A stretch of DNA of 64,000 nt from NCBI RefSeq assembly GCF_046119375.1, contig NW_027362767.1:247442001-247506000 (forward strand), read 5' to 3'. The translations under genes were made by a program, and so were the position numbers. The notes beneath the pieces are model-generated. The model saw nothing but the letters and a program-made list of their open reading frames with translations, searched no databases and had not been told where the DNA came from. Positions 1-15,367 of this stretch are shown here, piece by piece. The first letter of the stretch is position 1, and every line of letters begins with the position of its first letter. This DNA is from Phyllobates terribilis. Taxonomy: Eukaryota.

Positions 1-2581
1 AAAACCCTTTGTTGGCAATGACTGCCTGAAGTCTTGAACTCATGGACATCACCAGACGCTGTGTTTCCTCCTTTTTGATGGTCTGCCAGGCCTTCACTGC
101 GGTGCTTTTCAGTTGCTGTTTGTTTGTGGGCCTTTCTGTCTGAAGTTTAGTCTTTAACAAGTGAAATGCATCCTCAATTGGGTTGAGATCAAGTGACTGA
201 CTTGGCCATTCAAGAATATTCCACTTCTTTGCTTTAATAAACTCCTGGGTTGCTTTGGCTTTATGTTTTGGGTCATTGTCCATCTGTAGTATGACACGAC
301 GACCAATCAGTTTGGCTGCATTTGGCTGGATCTGAGCACACAGTATGGCTCTGAATACATCAGAATTCATTTGGCTGCTTCCGTCCTGTGTCACATCATC
401 AATAAACACTAGTGACCCACTAGTCACCCTCCGCCGTGTTTTACAGATGATGTGGTATGCTTTGGATCATGAGCTGTACCACGCCTTTGCCATACTTTTC
501 TCTTTCCATCATTCTGTTGGAGGTTGATCTTGGTTTCAATCTCTCCAAAGAATGTTCTTCCAGAACTGTGCTGGCTTTTTTAGATGTTTTTAGCAAAGTC
601 CAGTCTAGCCTTTTTATTCTTGATGCTTATGAGTGGCTTGCACCGTGCAGTTGTAGCACCCCGAGGGCTCGGTTGCTACAGAGGTATTGCACCTTATCCT
701 GAGGTGTGATATCTCACTCTCAGGTAAGGGTGGAGTGTGGATCAGGACCCCGACACCTGCATGCATTACACCACATTTCCGGGGGGCAGGGCGACCGATA
801 TGCTCCAAGTAGAGCACGACAGTCCCTGTCCCTGGCTGGAGTGGGGGGAGGGAACACCGAGGAAGGGGGAACTCTGTAGTGCATAGGAGGGAGAGGGCAG
901 TTCCTGGGTGCACCTAGAGGGAGGTATAAAAGGTGGGCACCATCTTAGTTCGAAGAGAAGTCAGTGGGAAGTCAGTCAGCTCAGTAGCTGGGAGCAGAGG
1001 CTCTGCATGGGCTCTGCTCCGCAGGCAGGCCTGAGAGTAGGCCGGGGCCTGGAGGAGGAAGAAGGAAGAAAGAGGAGCGGAGGAGGCTCCAGGAACAAGG
1101 AACGAAGGGACCCCAGGGGTGCAGACCGGCGAGTCGCCACCGCACGCCCAAATCTACCTGCGTAGAAGGGTCAGGCCAAAGGGGGAGACAGGTGCCCGAA
1201 ACTAGTGGAGGCGGGGAACTACCCTCAGCTAGAAACCGGAGGCTGTGACATTTCATGTGGCGCAGCCCCTCTCTATACCCGTGAGGAAGGCACCATATAG
1301 AGTCAGGGAAACTGGCGCCAAAGTTTACCAGAGAAGGCCCGAGGCAGCCGGACAGAAGCGAGGTCACTGGCGGGGTATGACAGGCCAGAGAAAGGACACT
1401 TAACGGGGGTCATGTGAAACGCTCCAAAGTTATCTGGGAGTAGGCCGAGCCCCTCACCTGGTGAATACAGTGCGACGAGGGACGTTATGACCAGCTGTAG
1501 TAACGTGGATAAAGAACTGTGAGTAAATACTCTGGACTGCATTACAGGACTCTGTGTCATTACTGCTGCTCCCGCGCACCATCACCCCCAACATCTCCAC
1601 TTGCTGCCCTGAAGCTATACTCCTCCCGTGGGGAGTTATACTATTTCCTGCTGCCCTCACAACATCAGCCTCAGTGGTCTGCCCTGCAGCGGCGGTTCAC
1701 TCTGACCGCAATCCACGGGTGGTGTAGTCGGACATTTAATATCACAAAACCCTATAAGTAGACTGCCATTTGAGTTGACCACCCTGAGCCACGGGACCGG
1801 GTCCCCGCCACGCAAGGACTACAACCCCCAGCATCCGCAACGGGTCCGGTTCCGGGTATCCCCACACACGCGCGGCCCAGGGGGCGCGTCACAGTGAACC
1901 CTCTGTATTTATTTTCATGCAGTCTTCTCTTTATGGTAGATTTGGATATTGATACGTCTACCTCCTGGAGAGTGTTGTTCACTTGGTTGGCTGTTGTGAA
2001 GGGGTTTCTCTTCACCATGGAGATTATTCTGCGATCATACACCACTGTTGTCTTCCGTGGGCGCCCAGGTCTTTTTGCATTGATGAGTTCACCAGTACTT
2101 TCTTTCTTTCTCAGGATATACCAAACTGTAGATTTTGCCGCTCCTAATATTGTAGCAATTTCTCGGATGGGTTTTTCTGTTTTTGCAGCTTAAGGATGGC
2201 TTGTTTCACCTGCATGGAGAGCTCCTTTGACCACATGTTTACTTTTCAGCAAAACCTTCCAAATGCAAGCACCACACCTCAAATCAACTCCAGGCCTTTT
2301 ATCTGCTTAACTGAGAATGACATAACGAAGGGATTGCCCACACCTGTCCATGAAATAGCCTCGGAGTCAATTGTCCAACTACTTTTGGTCCCTTTAAAAA
2401 CAGGGTGGCACATGTTAAGGAGCTGAAACTCCTAAATTTTAATGTGGATACCCTCAAATGAAAGCTGAAAGTCTGAACTTCAACTGCATCTGAATTGTTT
2501 TGTTCAAAATTCATTGTGGTAATGTCTAGAACCAAAATTAGAGAAATGTTGTCTCTGTCCAAATATATATGGACCTAACTG
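1..2581 (-). mobile_element. Degenerate Tc1-family (DD34E) DNA transposon, cut by the left window edge and interrupted by a solo LTR at 652-1891
   Basis: Minus-strand remnants read ...QMDNDPKHKAKATQEFIKAKKWNILEWPSQSLDLNPIE... (bases 1-330) and MVKRNPFTTANQVNNTLQEVDVSISKSTIKRRLHE (ORF 1752..2045). Terminal sequence CAGTTAGGTCCATATATATTTGGAC starts at 2581 next to TA. Multiple frameshifts and stops. Confidence 0.88.
652..1891 (+). mobile_element. Solo LTR (family B, copy 1), 1240 bp
   Basis: TG...CA termini, 4-bp target-site duplication CAGT (648-651 and 1892-1895), TATAAAA near 925, no coding capacity. Homologous to 5885-7088 in inverted orientation. Confidence 0.8.
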
Positions 2582-2587
2582 TATATA

Positions 2588-4225
<1,638 letters not shown>

Positions 4226-4479
4226 TATATATATATTATATACTCATATTTTATCTATTCATCCTTATATTTTATATATTTCTGTTTTATATATATCTAT
4301 ATATATTTAATGTATTTGTACCCATATTTTATATACTTAAATCTTATATACACTTAATCTTTATATACACAATCTTTATCCTTATTTTTTACCCCATATT
4401 TTATCTATTTATTCTTATGTTTTATATATTTATCCCCATATTTTATTAATATATCTACATATTTCATACATTTATCCTA

Positions 4480-4556
<77 letters not shown>
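4226..4556. repeat. AT-rich low-complexity tract ending in a (TA)n microsatellite (about 4483-4555, about 36 units)
   Basis: Degenerate TATATTTTATATATTT... repeats followed by a pure TA run. Confidence 0.95.
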
Positions 4557-4561
<5 letters not shown>

Positions 4562-4899
4562 ATTTCCCCAACTACAATCAACTACACTAATGGAGATCAA
4601 AAAATGGACTCTGTGCTTTATTTTCTTGTGTAATTGCACTCTATGGCTCATTTAAATCCCCCCCAAAAAACTCCGTCAGAGTCGTAGACGCCCTGTATAA
4701 GTGCAATTTGGCTTAGTGGCTTGTTGGTGCCAGGAATCCAGTATCTAATGCAATGCACTTGCCCCATATGCTCCCCCAATTCCCTGGAAGGGGTGCGGAG
4801 GCATAAATATATCCTTCAACATTGAAATTGCAGCACCCAGAAGGAAAAGTCATGGAGTTATGGAAATCACAGGACTGATAGACAGGTTACTGATCTGTG

Positions 4900-5510
4900 A
4901 ATGATGAAAAAATGGAAACAACATTTTCAAAACATCTCAATTTACTCAGTATGAGCCACGTGCAGAAATCTATGCATTTACAGCCTCGGCAGCTATCAGT
5001 GAAGGGTGTTCATGGTCATCTGTGGAAGTTTCTGCCTCGGAATGCACTTGAGCATGAAAATCATCAAGATCCACTGCTGGCAGCTCCTGTGTAATCACCG
5101 ACCAATGATGTCCCAGATGTGCAGGGTCGGAGACAAGTCTGGAGATGCTGCAGCCATGGTAGCACGTTTAGGCCATGCAGGTTGCTCAAAATAGCAAGAG
5201 AAACATGCGGCCTGGCATTGTCGTACAGAAAAATGGGTCCTTGCACACTTTGGAAAAATGGCCGCAACACTGGTCCTACAACCAAATCAATGTAACGCCT
5301 CTGTTAGTGCATGTGGAATGGACTAGAGGAGTCCGGCTATTGTATATTATACCACCCCACACCATAGACCCAGGAGTGAGACCAGTGTGACGTTCCCTCT
5401 TGAAGGTCTCTTCATGCCATTGTCCACATGGTCTCCAGGTATACCATGCACTTCAATAGGGTCTGAGCGGTAGTACCTGAGAATGGCCACTCCTTAGTAT
5501 GTGGAGCTGT
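4900..5510 (-). mobile_element. Old Tc1-like transposase remnant
   Basis: Minus strand gives FLYDNARPH...NVLPW followed, after a frameshift, by AASPDLSP...HIWD. Boundaries approximate. Confidence 0.7.
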
Positions 5511-5515
5511 GGTGT

Positions 5516-7306
5516 TGTCATGCAAGGTGTGGGAAAGACTAAGTGCAACATGAAGGGAAGAGGGGGAGGAAGCCCAAACACTAGGGAAAGGGGGAGAGCA
5601 TACCCCTAGGCAGATCTAATATCACCCTGCCTACCCTACCATCACTATATAGGTTCCACACCAATCGCCGAGCAGGACCCTAAACCCTGTATGTCCCTAG
5701 AGCTTGGCCCTAGATAGAGAGGTGGAGGGGTGAGCACTGGTCAAGCCCCACTACAAACTAAAGACAACAAGGTAGACAAACAAAAGAGATAAACTTAGCT
5801 TGAGCAGACACCAGAGGGGAAACGCCAACTGTCCTCCAAGGGCACCAGAGAAGAAGTCAGCCAACAGCTAATGCTCCAAGCATGTGATGCGCCCCGTGGG
5901 CCGTGGGGTACCCGGAGCCGGGCCGGTTAGACGCTGGGGGATTGTAGTCACTGTGGCGATGACCCGGTCCGTGACCCAGGCGGTCAATCCAAGGGTAGTC
6001 TATGTGTATAGGTTGTTTATATAATGTCCGACTACGCCACCTGTGGAGTGCGGCTAATGAGGCCGCCGCTGCGGAACAGTCCTCTGAAGCTGGTGGTATA
6101 GCAGCAAAGGTGGTATAACTCCCCACAGGAAGAGTGTAGCTCCAGGGCAGCGTGTGTAGATGATGGTGGTTATGGTGCAGGTAGTCAGTAATAACACGGA
6201 GTCAGATAGTGCAGTCCCAGGGTCTTTACTCACGATTATAGCAGTTCCAGTTACAGGCGCCAGTGCAAGGCCCACGGCGTCCTGTGTTCACGCAGTGAGG
6301 GGTTCAGCCAACCCTCAGGTAACTCCGGAGCATTTAGCAGGACCCCCTTCTGTGTGTCCTCTCTCTGGCCTTCTTCCTGCACCTCACACCTAGTGACACT
6401 TCTATCTGGTATCCTCGGGCCTTTGTGGGCGACGTGTGTTCCGTCCCCTGGGTCCTATGTGGCTACCTTCCTAGTGGACTGGTGTGGACTTATGGCCTGC
6501 GGTACTTAAAGTGCTGCAGCCTCTGGTTTCCTAGTTGAACCTTGTAGTTCTTGCTAGTTGAGGAACCGGTTCCCTCTATCTGGCCTGACCCCTCTACCTC
6601 CTGGTAGCAGCGGGCGTACGGGTGGCTTGCTGCACGGCCCGTGCCCCTAGGGTCCCTTCGGTTCCTGGAGCCTTCCTGCTCCCACTCCTTTCTTCTCCTC
6701 CCAGGCTCAGGCCTCCTGACTAGGCCCGCCTCTGGAGCAGAGCTCATGCAGAGCCTCTGCTCCTGTCACTTCTCCTCCTCTGACTGAACACTGATCTAAG
6801 ATGGTTCCTCCCTTATATATGCTCCTACTCCAGTGCTCCCAGGATCTACGTCCTCCACCCCATCCACTACATAGTTCCCCCTCTCTAGGTGGTTCCCTCC
6901 ACTCCAGCCAGGGACCAGGGACTGTGCTCTCCCGTAGGAGCAATCTTGCCCTGTCCCCCGGAAATGTGGTGTAGTGAATGCAGGTGTTAGGGTCCTGAGC
7001 TGTACTCCTTCCTTACCTGAGAGTGAGAAACCACACCTCTGGGTGAGATGCAGTACCCCTGTGGCGACCGAACCCCAGTGGCGCCACACATGAACAAAGG
7101 TAAATAGAAGTATCACCGGTGGTTCCCTGCAGCAAACTGAGAGTTTTTAACTCCCCTACAAGGGTGTGTCAATTAACAGCAGGAGGGAGGTTGCCTCTGG
7201 GTCTTAAAGGAAGAAGGATTAAGAAGCCGTCTCCAATGCCAAGCGCAGTGACCTTCTACAGCCAGATCCAGAGCGAGTGTCTATTACACCTGACACACCC
7301 GTGACA
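5516..7306. mobile_element. Solo LTR (family A, about 583 bp net) interrupted by solo LTR B2
   Basis: Termini TGTCA...TGACA, 5-bp TSD GGTGT (5511-5515 and 7307-7311). Confidence 0.75.
5885..7088 (-). mobile_element. Solo LTR (family B, copy 2), 1204 bp
   Basis: TG...CA termini, 4-bp TSD CATG (5881-5884 and 7089-7092). Both ends align with the reverse complement of 652-1891. Confidence 0.8.
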
Positions 7307-8595
7307 GGTGTACACTGTGTACATCTGTCCGATGCTGCAGCTGCAAACAGCTGATTATGGGGGTGGTTGTCAACCCCCTACCACTGATTGGATATTGAGG
7401 ACCTACGTTGCAAAACACTCCTTTAATAAATGGAGATCCACATTGCTATACACTTCCCGAGTGGCGCTATTCTATGCAAGTAAGTGTCATAACTCTTCTC
7501 AGGATCATTTTTATCAGAGTGTAGATGTCTGGATATGGGGGCCTGGGCTTGGTTGCAGTTGCGCCCCGTGCAACCTTGATCGCTCTGCTCCTGTGTAGGG
7601 AACCTAGATAGTATTGGGATTCTTAGAGAATAATATCTACTAATGACCTCAATCAGACAATCAATGTGAAGTACAAGGGATATTAAAAGCGAAAACCTGT
7701 GAACGATTCTAAGCCTACGGTGTCAGAATCATGCCTCACAACCAACCCGCCCGGATTTGGGAAGCTGGCCCCAGAGTTTGGTGCTGTGTCCCGTAAGGTT
7801 GGCACTGTGACCCAAGAGAGGTTGGTGTTGTGTCCTGAGAAGTTAACGTGTGTCAACTATATCGGCATCTTTAGGACGCAGATACAGATGAAAAAAATGG
7901 TGGAACAGGGAGCAGTTAGCTCTATGCTCAACTTCCCAACCTGTTCATGATGCTTGAAGCTCGACACAGGAGGCGTAATGAAGTCACTATAAGATGCCGG
8001 CTATGCGAAACCTCCAATGGTGTAGGTAGGGGGTCCTGGCATTGTGCTTGTGCTGTAGTGTATGATCTTATCCTTGGGGTACTTTGATTAAATGAATTTA
8101 TGTGGGGGCATTTGGCTCAGGAATGCAAAGAAGTGAAATGCTTCTGTTTTCTGAGCTAAGAGTAAAGGCTACATATGGCCATCTGGTCATCCGAGGACAG
8201 CAGATGGTGGATCCTGGGCCGAGGAGCTTTGTACTGATCTCATACCGGCACTGACCACGGATCTGCAGTCACCCAGCTCCGATAATCGCATAGCCGTCTC
8301 TGCTCGGAGTCATTATTATCCACTGTCACAAAGGAACAGCACTACATGTTATATATCACATACACCCTACACCACAGGGATGTTTCCAGATACCCCCTTC
8401 ACTGCCAGTGGCATAATTAAAAGCTTCTGGACCCCCTTGTCATGGAAATGTCAAATATGTTTATTGTTTTATTTTCTTATTTTTTTTTTTGCTCTTAGAC
8501 CCTGAGAACACTTTAACCTGACATGATTTGATCAATTGAGATTGACTGCAGCATTTAGGTGGTTAAAAAGCAGCAATAGGAGCCAATTCCTTAAT

Positions 8596-11500
8596 TCAGG
8601 CACATAATACATGGGGAGAGGGGGTAGCCGCTGCCGGCCCCCTCATCTAGGAGGATAATACAAGGGGGGGTTGGGAAGGTCACTTCCGCTGGCCCCCGCA
8701 TCTGGTCAGAGAATACATGGGGGTGAATGCCGCTGTCTCCCACATCTGGGAGGAGAATACATGGAAGGTGAATGCTGCTGGCCCCCACATCTGGGCGTAG
8801 AATATATGGAGGATGGATGCCGCTGGCCCCCACATCTGGGCAGAGAATACATAGAGGGGTGGCTGCCGCTGGCCCCCACATCTGGGCAGAGAATACATGG
8901 AGGGTGGCTTCCGCTGGCCCCTGCATCTACGAGGAGAATACATAGAGGGTGGATGCCGCTGGCCCCCACATCTGAGCAGAGAATACTTTGAGTGTGGATG
9001 CCACTGGCCCCCACATCTGGGTGGAGAATACATGGGGGGGTGGTGGCCGCTGGCCCCCACAACTGGGCAGAGAATACATGGAAGGTGGCCGCCACTGGCC
9101 CCCACATCTGGGCAGAGAATATATGGAGGGTGGATGCCACTGGTGCCCACATCTGGGCAGAGAATACATGGAGGGTGGCTAGCGCTGGCCCCTACATCTA
9201 GGAGAATACATGGAGGGTGGATGCCACTGACCCCCACATCTAGGAGAATACATGGAGGGTGGATGCCGCTGGCCCCCACATTTGGACAGAGAATACGGAG
9301 GGTGGATGTCACTGGCCCCCACATCTGGGCGAATAATACATGGGGGGGTGCTGGCTGCTGGCCCCCACATAAGGGCGGAGAATACATGGGGGTGGATAAC
9401 GCTGACTTCCACATCTGGGAGGAGAATACATGGAGGGTGGCTGACGCAGGCCCCCAAATCCGGGCAGAGAATAAATGGGGGGTTGCTTCTGCTGGCCCCA
9501 CCATCTGGGCAGAGAATAGATGGAGGGTGGTTGCCGCAGGCCCCCACATGTGGGCAGAGAATATATGGAGGGTGGATGCTGCTGGCCCCCACATCTGGGC
9601 AGAGAATACATGGGGGGGGTGGCTGCCACTGGCCCTCATATCTGGGAGGAGAATACATGGAGGGTGGCTACCACTGGCCCCCACATCTCGGTGGAGAATA
9701 CATGGAGAATGGCTGCTCTTGGCCTCCACATCTGGGCGGGGAATACATGAAGGGTGGTCGCCGTTGGCCCCCACATGTGGGCGGAGAATACATGGAGGGT
9801 GGACGCTCCTGGAGCCCAAATATGGGTGGAGAATACATGGAGGGTGGCTGTTGCTGCCCCTACATCTGGGCGGAGAATACATGGAGGGTGGCTGCCACTG
9901 GCCCCGACATCTGGGCGGAGAATACATGGAGGGTGGCTGCCGCTGGCTCCCCCATCTGGGCAAAGAATACATGGAGGGTGGCTGCTGCTGGCCCTCACAT
10001 CTGGGCGGAGAATAAATGGGGGGTTGCTTCCGCTGGCCCCACCATCTGGGCGGAGAATAGATGGAGGATGGTTGCCACAGGCCCCCACATGTGGGCAGAG
10101 AATATATGGAGGGTGGATGCTGCTGGCCCCCACATCTGGGCAGAGAATACATGGGGGGTGGCTGCCACTGGCCCCCATATCTGGGCAGAGAATACATGGG
10201 GGGGCTGCCATTGGTCCTTACATCTGGGCGGAGAATACATTTAGGGTGGCTGCAACTGACCCCTACATCTGGGCAGATAAAACATGGAGGGTGGCTGCCG
10301 CTGGCCCCCACATCTGGGCAGAGAATACATGGGGGTTGAATGCCACTGGCCCCCACATCTGGGCCGAGAATACATGGGGGGTAGCTGCCGCTGGCCCCCA
10401 CATCTGGAAGGAGAATACATGGAGGGTGGCTACCACTGGCCCCCACATCTCGGTGGAGAATACATGGAGGATGGCTGCTCTTGGCCTCCACATCTGGGCA
10501 GAGAATACATGGAGGGTGGACGCTGCTGGAGCCCAAATATGGGTGGAGAATACATGGAGGGTGGCTGTTGCTGCCCCTACATCTGGGTGGAGAATACATG
10601 GAGGGTGGCTGCCACTGGCCCCCACATCTGGGAGGAGAATACATGGAGGATGGCTGCTCTTGGCCTCCACATCTGGGCGGGGAATACATGAAGGGTGGCC
10701 GCCGCTGGCCCCCACATGTGGGCGGAGAATACATTTAGGGTGGCTGCAACTGACCCCTACATCTGGGCGGATAATACATGGAGGGTGGCTGCCGCTGGCC
10801 CCCACATCTTGGCAGAGAATACATGGAGGGTGGATGCCGCTGGCCCCCACATTTGGGCAGAGAATACATGGAGGGTGGCTGCCCCTGGCCTCCACATAAC
10901 GGCAGAGAATAGTTGGGGGATGGATGCCGCTGGCTCCCACATCTGGGAGAATACATGGAGGGTGGATGCCGCTGGCCTACACATCGGGGCAGAGAATACA
11001 TGGGGGGTGGATACCAATGGACCCCACATCTGGGCAGAGAATAAATGGGGTGGCTTCCGCTGGCCCCCACATCTGGGCAGAGAATACATTGGGGGGTGGC
11101 TGCCATTGGCCCTTACATCTGGGCGGAGAATACATGGAGGGTGGCCGCCACTGGCCTCCACATCTGGGTGAACACATGGAGGGTGGCCGCCACATCTGGG
11201 TGGTGAATACATGGGGTGTGGATGCCACTGGCCCCCACATCCAGGCCGAGAACACATGGGGTGGGGTGGCTGCCGCTGGCCCCCACATCTGGGCGAATAC
11301 ATGGAAGGAGGATGCCGCTGTCCCCCAAATCTGGGCAGAGAATACATGGAGGGTGGATGCCACTGACCACCACATCTGGGCAGAGAATACATTGGGTGGC
11401 TTCCGCTGGCCCCCACATCTGGGCAGAGAATACATTGGGGGGTGGCTGCCATTGGCCCTTACATCTGGGCGGAGAATACATGGAGGGTAGCCACCACTGG

Positions 11501-13173
11501 CCCCCACATCTGGGTGAACACATGGAGGGTGGCCGCCACATCTGGGTGGAGAATACATGAAGGGTGACTGCCGCTGGCCCCCACATCTGAGCAGAGAATA
11601 TATGGGGGGTGGATGCAGATAGTCCAAATATCTGGGCAGAGAATACACGGGGGTGGCTGCCGCTGGCTCCCACATCTGGGCAGAGAATACATGGAGGGTG
11701 GATGCCACTGGCTCCCACATCTGGGAAAATACATGGAGGGTGGATGCCGCTGGCTGCCACATCTGGGCAGAGAATACATGGAGGGTGAATGCCACAGGCC
11801 GCTACATCTGGGCAGAGAATACATGGGGGGTGGCTGCCGTTGGCTCTTACGTCTGGGCGGAGAATACATGGAGGGTGGCCGCCACTGGCCCCAACATCTA
11901 GACGGAGAATACATGGAGAGTGGCTACCACTAGCCCCCACATCTCGGTGGAGAATACATGGAGGGCGGCTGCTCTTGGCCCCCATATCTGGGTGGAGAAT
12001 ACATGGAGGGTGGCCGCCGCTGACCCCCACATCTGGGCGGAGAATACATGCAGGGTGGCCACTGCTTGAGCCCAAATCTGGGCAGAGAATACATGGAGGG
12101 TGCTTGTTGCTCTTGGCCCCCACATCTGGGTGGAGAATACATGGAGGGTGGCCGCCGCTGACCCCCACATCTGGGCGGAGAATACATGCAGGGTGGCCAC
12201 TGCTTGAGCCCAAATCTGGGCAGAGAATACATGGAGGGTGCTTGCTGCTCTTGGCCCCCACATCTGGGCGGAGAATACATGCAGGGTGGACACTGCTTGA
12301 GTCCACATCTGGGCAGAGAATACATGGAGGGTGGATGCAGCTGGCTCCCACATTTGGGAGAAGAATACATGGAGGGTGCTTGCTGCTGGAGCCCACATCT
12401 GGGAGGATACATGGAGGGTGGCTGCCACTGGCCACTCATCTAGGCAGAGAATACATGGGGGGTGGCTGCCGTTGGCCCTTATATCTGGGAGGAGAATACA
12501 TGGAGGGTGGCCACCACTGGCCCCAACGTCTAGACGGAGAATACATGGAGGGTGGCTGCTCTTGGCTCCCACATCTGGGCGGAGAATACATGCAGGGGGG
12601 CCACTGCTTGAGCCCAAATCTGGGCAGAGAATACATGGAGGGTGGCTGTTGCTGCCCCCACATCTGGGCAGAGAATACATGGAGGGTAGCTGCTACTGGC
12701 CCCCACATCTGGGCGTAGAATACATGGAGGGTGGCTGTCACTGGCCCCCACATCTGGGCGTCGCTGCCACTGGCCCCACATCTGGGCAGAGAATTCATGG
12801 GGAGTGGCCACCGCTGACCCCCACATCTGGGAGACTACAGAGGGTGTAGCCGCCATTGGCCCTCACATCTGGGCAGAGAATACATGGAGGGTGGCTGCTA
12901 CTGCCCCTCATGTCTGGATGGAGAATAGATGGAGGGTGGCTGCTGCATGTCCCAATATCTGGGAGGAGAAGTCATGGAGGGTGGCTGCCGCTGAACCCCA
13001 CATCTGGGTGGTGAATACATGGAAGGTGGTTGCCGCTGGAGCCCACATCTGGGAGAATACATGGAGGGTGGCTGCCGCTGGCCCCCACATCTGGGAGGAG
13101 AATACATGGAGGGTGCTTGCTGCTGGAGCCCACATATGGGAGGATACATGGAGGATGGCTGCCGCTGGAGCCC
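8596..13173. repeat. 45-bp tandem repeat array 1 (about 100 units, more diverged)
   Basis: Consensus GCTGGCCCCCACATCTGGGCAGAGAATACATGGAGGGTGGCTGCC with frequent substitutions and 1-3 bp indels. Confidence 0.97.
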
Positions 13174-13640
13174 ATTTTGTGAGGGGTACAGGGTGGTAGT
13201 AGTGGCGAGGGACTGCAGTTGTTGTGCATTTGCATTCTCATCCTGACCGCCCACAAATAAAAGATAATGTCTGGTTTGTCCTGTGCTTTCCATGTCATGT
13301 AAAACACTTACAGTTTTCTGTTGCTTCTCCATCTTCTTCAGGAGTCCAGAAGTTGAATGCAAATAATCACTTGCACACTCTGTTCTTTTTATATAAAAAA
13401 ACAACTTTACTCAACTTCTTTTGTTCAGTTCTGGTCACAGATACAGCAGTCACAGTTTCAGTAGCAGATACAGTACAGCACATGTTATGTTGCTCATCCT
13501 GAGCTCTCCCTGCATTCCCTGTTACCTCAGCCTCTGCAATGCCTTCTTCTTCCAATACAGTTTTCATGATTCCTGAGCCACTATTCTGCTGTTTCAGCAT
13601 CCCACTGAACAAAGTGGCGAAGGTCCGCATACTGTATATA

Positions 13641-15202
13641 CACTGTGTGCCGAATTATTAGGCAAATGAGTATTTTGATCACATGATACTTTTTATACAT
13701 GTCGTCCTACTCCAAGCTGCATAGGCTTGAGAGCCAACTACCAATTAAGTAAATCTGAGGATGTGCATCTCTGTAATGAGGAGGGGTGTTGACTAATGAC
13801 ATCAACATCCTATATAAGGTGTGCTTAATTATTAGGCAACTTCCCTTTCCTTTGGCAAAATGGGTCAGAAGACAGATTTGACTGGCTCTGAAAAGTCCAA
13901 AATTGTGAGATGTCTTGCAGAGGGATGCAGCAGTCTTGAAAATTCCAAACTTTTGAAGCGTGATCACAGAACAATCAAGCGTTTCATGGCAAATAGCCAA
14001 CAGGGTCGCAAGAAGCATGTTGGCCAAAAAAGGTGCAAAATAACTGCCCATGAATTGAGGAAAATCAAGCGTGAAGCTGCCAAGATGCCATTCACCACCA
14101 GTTTTGCCATATTTCAGAGCTGCAACGTTACTGGAGTATCAAAAACCACAAGGTGTGCGATACTCAGGAACATGGCCAAGGTAAGGAAGGCTGAAAAACG
14201 ACCACCTTTGAACAAGAAACATAAGATAAAACGTCAAGAATGGTCCAAGAAATATCTTAAGACTGATTTTTCAAAGGTTTTATGGACTGATGAAATGAGT
14301 GACTCTTGATGGGCCAGATGGATGGGCCAGAGGCTGGATCAGTAAAGGGCAGAGAGCTCCACTCCGACTCAGACGCCAGTAAGGTGGAGGTGGGGTACTG
14401 GTATGGGCTGGTATCATCAAAGATGAACTTGTGGGACCTTTTTGGGTTGAGGATGGAGTGAAGCTCAACTCCCAGACCTACTGCCAGTTTCTGGAAGACA
14501 ACTTCTTCAAGCAGTGGTACAGGAAGAAGTTGGTATCGTTCAAGAAAAACATGATTTTCATGCAGGACAATGCTCCATCACATGCATCCAACTACTCCAC
14601 AGCGTGGCTGGCCAGTAAAGGTCTAAAAGAAGAAAAAATAATGGCATGGCCCCCTTGTTCACCTGATCTGAACCCCATAGAGAACCTGTGGTCCATCATA
14701 AAATGTGAGATCTACAGGGAGGGAAAACAGTACACCTCTCGGAACAGTGTCTGGGAGGCTGTGGTGGCTGCTGCACGCAATGTTGATGGAAAACAGATCA
14801 AGCAACTGACAGAATCTATGGATGGAAGGCTGTTGAGTGTCATCATAAAGAAAGGTGGCTATATTGATCACAAATTTTTTTGGTTTTTGGTTTTGCATGT
14901 CAGAAATGTTTATTTCTAAATTTTGTGCACTGATATTGGTTTACCTGGTGAAAATAAACAAGTGAGATGGGATTATATTTGGTTTTTATTAAGTTGCCTA
15001 ATAATTGGGCACAGTAATAGTTACCTGCACAAACAGATATCCTCCTAAGATAGCCAAATCTAAAAAAAAAAACACTCCAACTTCCAAAAATATTAAGCTT
15101 GAATATTTATGAGTCTTTTGGGTTGATTGAGAACATAGTTGTTGATCAATAATAAAAATAATCCTCTAAAATACAACTTGCCTAATAATTCTGCACACAG
15201 TG
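13641..15202 (+). mobile_element. Full-length Tc1-like DD37E (TRT-type) transposon, 1562 bp
   Basis: Ends CACTGTGTGC(C/A)GAATTATTAGGCAA (24/25 match) flanked by TA. Inner direct repeats AATTATTAGGCAAC near 13830 and 14995. Confidence 0.93.
13860..14870 (+). pseudogene. Disrupted DD37E transposase
   Basis: MGQKTDLTGSEKSKIV...VLWTDEM, frameshift near 14298, in-frame TAA in RRQ*GGGG, then MQDNAPSH...SPDLNPIENLW with 37 residues between the second D and E. Confidence 0.88.
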
Positions 15203-15367
15203 TACTACCCTTTAGTGTGCTCCTCGTACTTCCTAAGGCTCCACGCTTAGTCTGCTTCTCCTGTGTCCTCTCTTCTCACTGCATGTTTCCTGACCTTCAG
15301 CCCACTGGCCCTGAACGTCTCCTCAGTCTTCCTCCAGCACATACTTTAAAGTTACCATTAACTACGA

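Noticed and set aside
7699-8330. GC-balanced unique stretch with an 83-aa ORF, considered as a DNM1 or lipocalin exon
   Set aside because: I recognised no similarity in the frames examined and no consistent splice-site pair.
8400-8600. Possible hAT-MITE left end (CAGTGGCATAATT...) suggesting the satellite is an expanded TE-internal repeat
   Set aside because: I found no matching right TIR or 8-bp TSD after either array. It remains possible but is unsupported.
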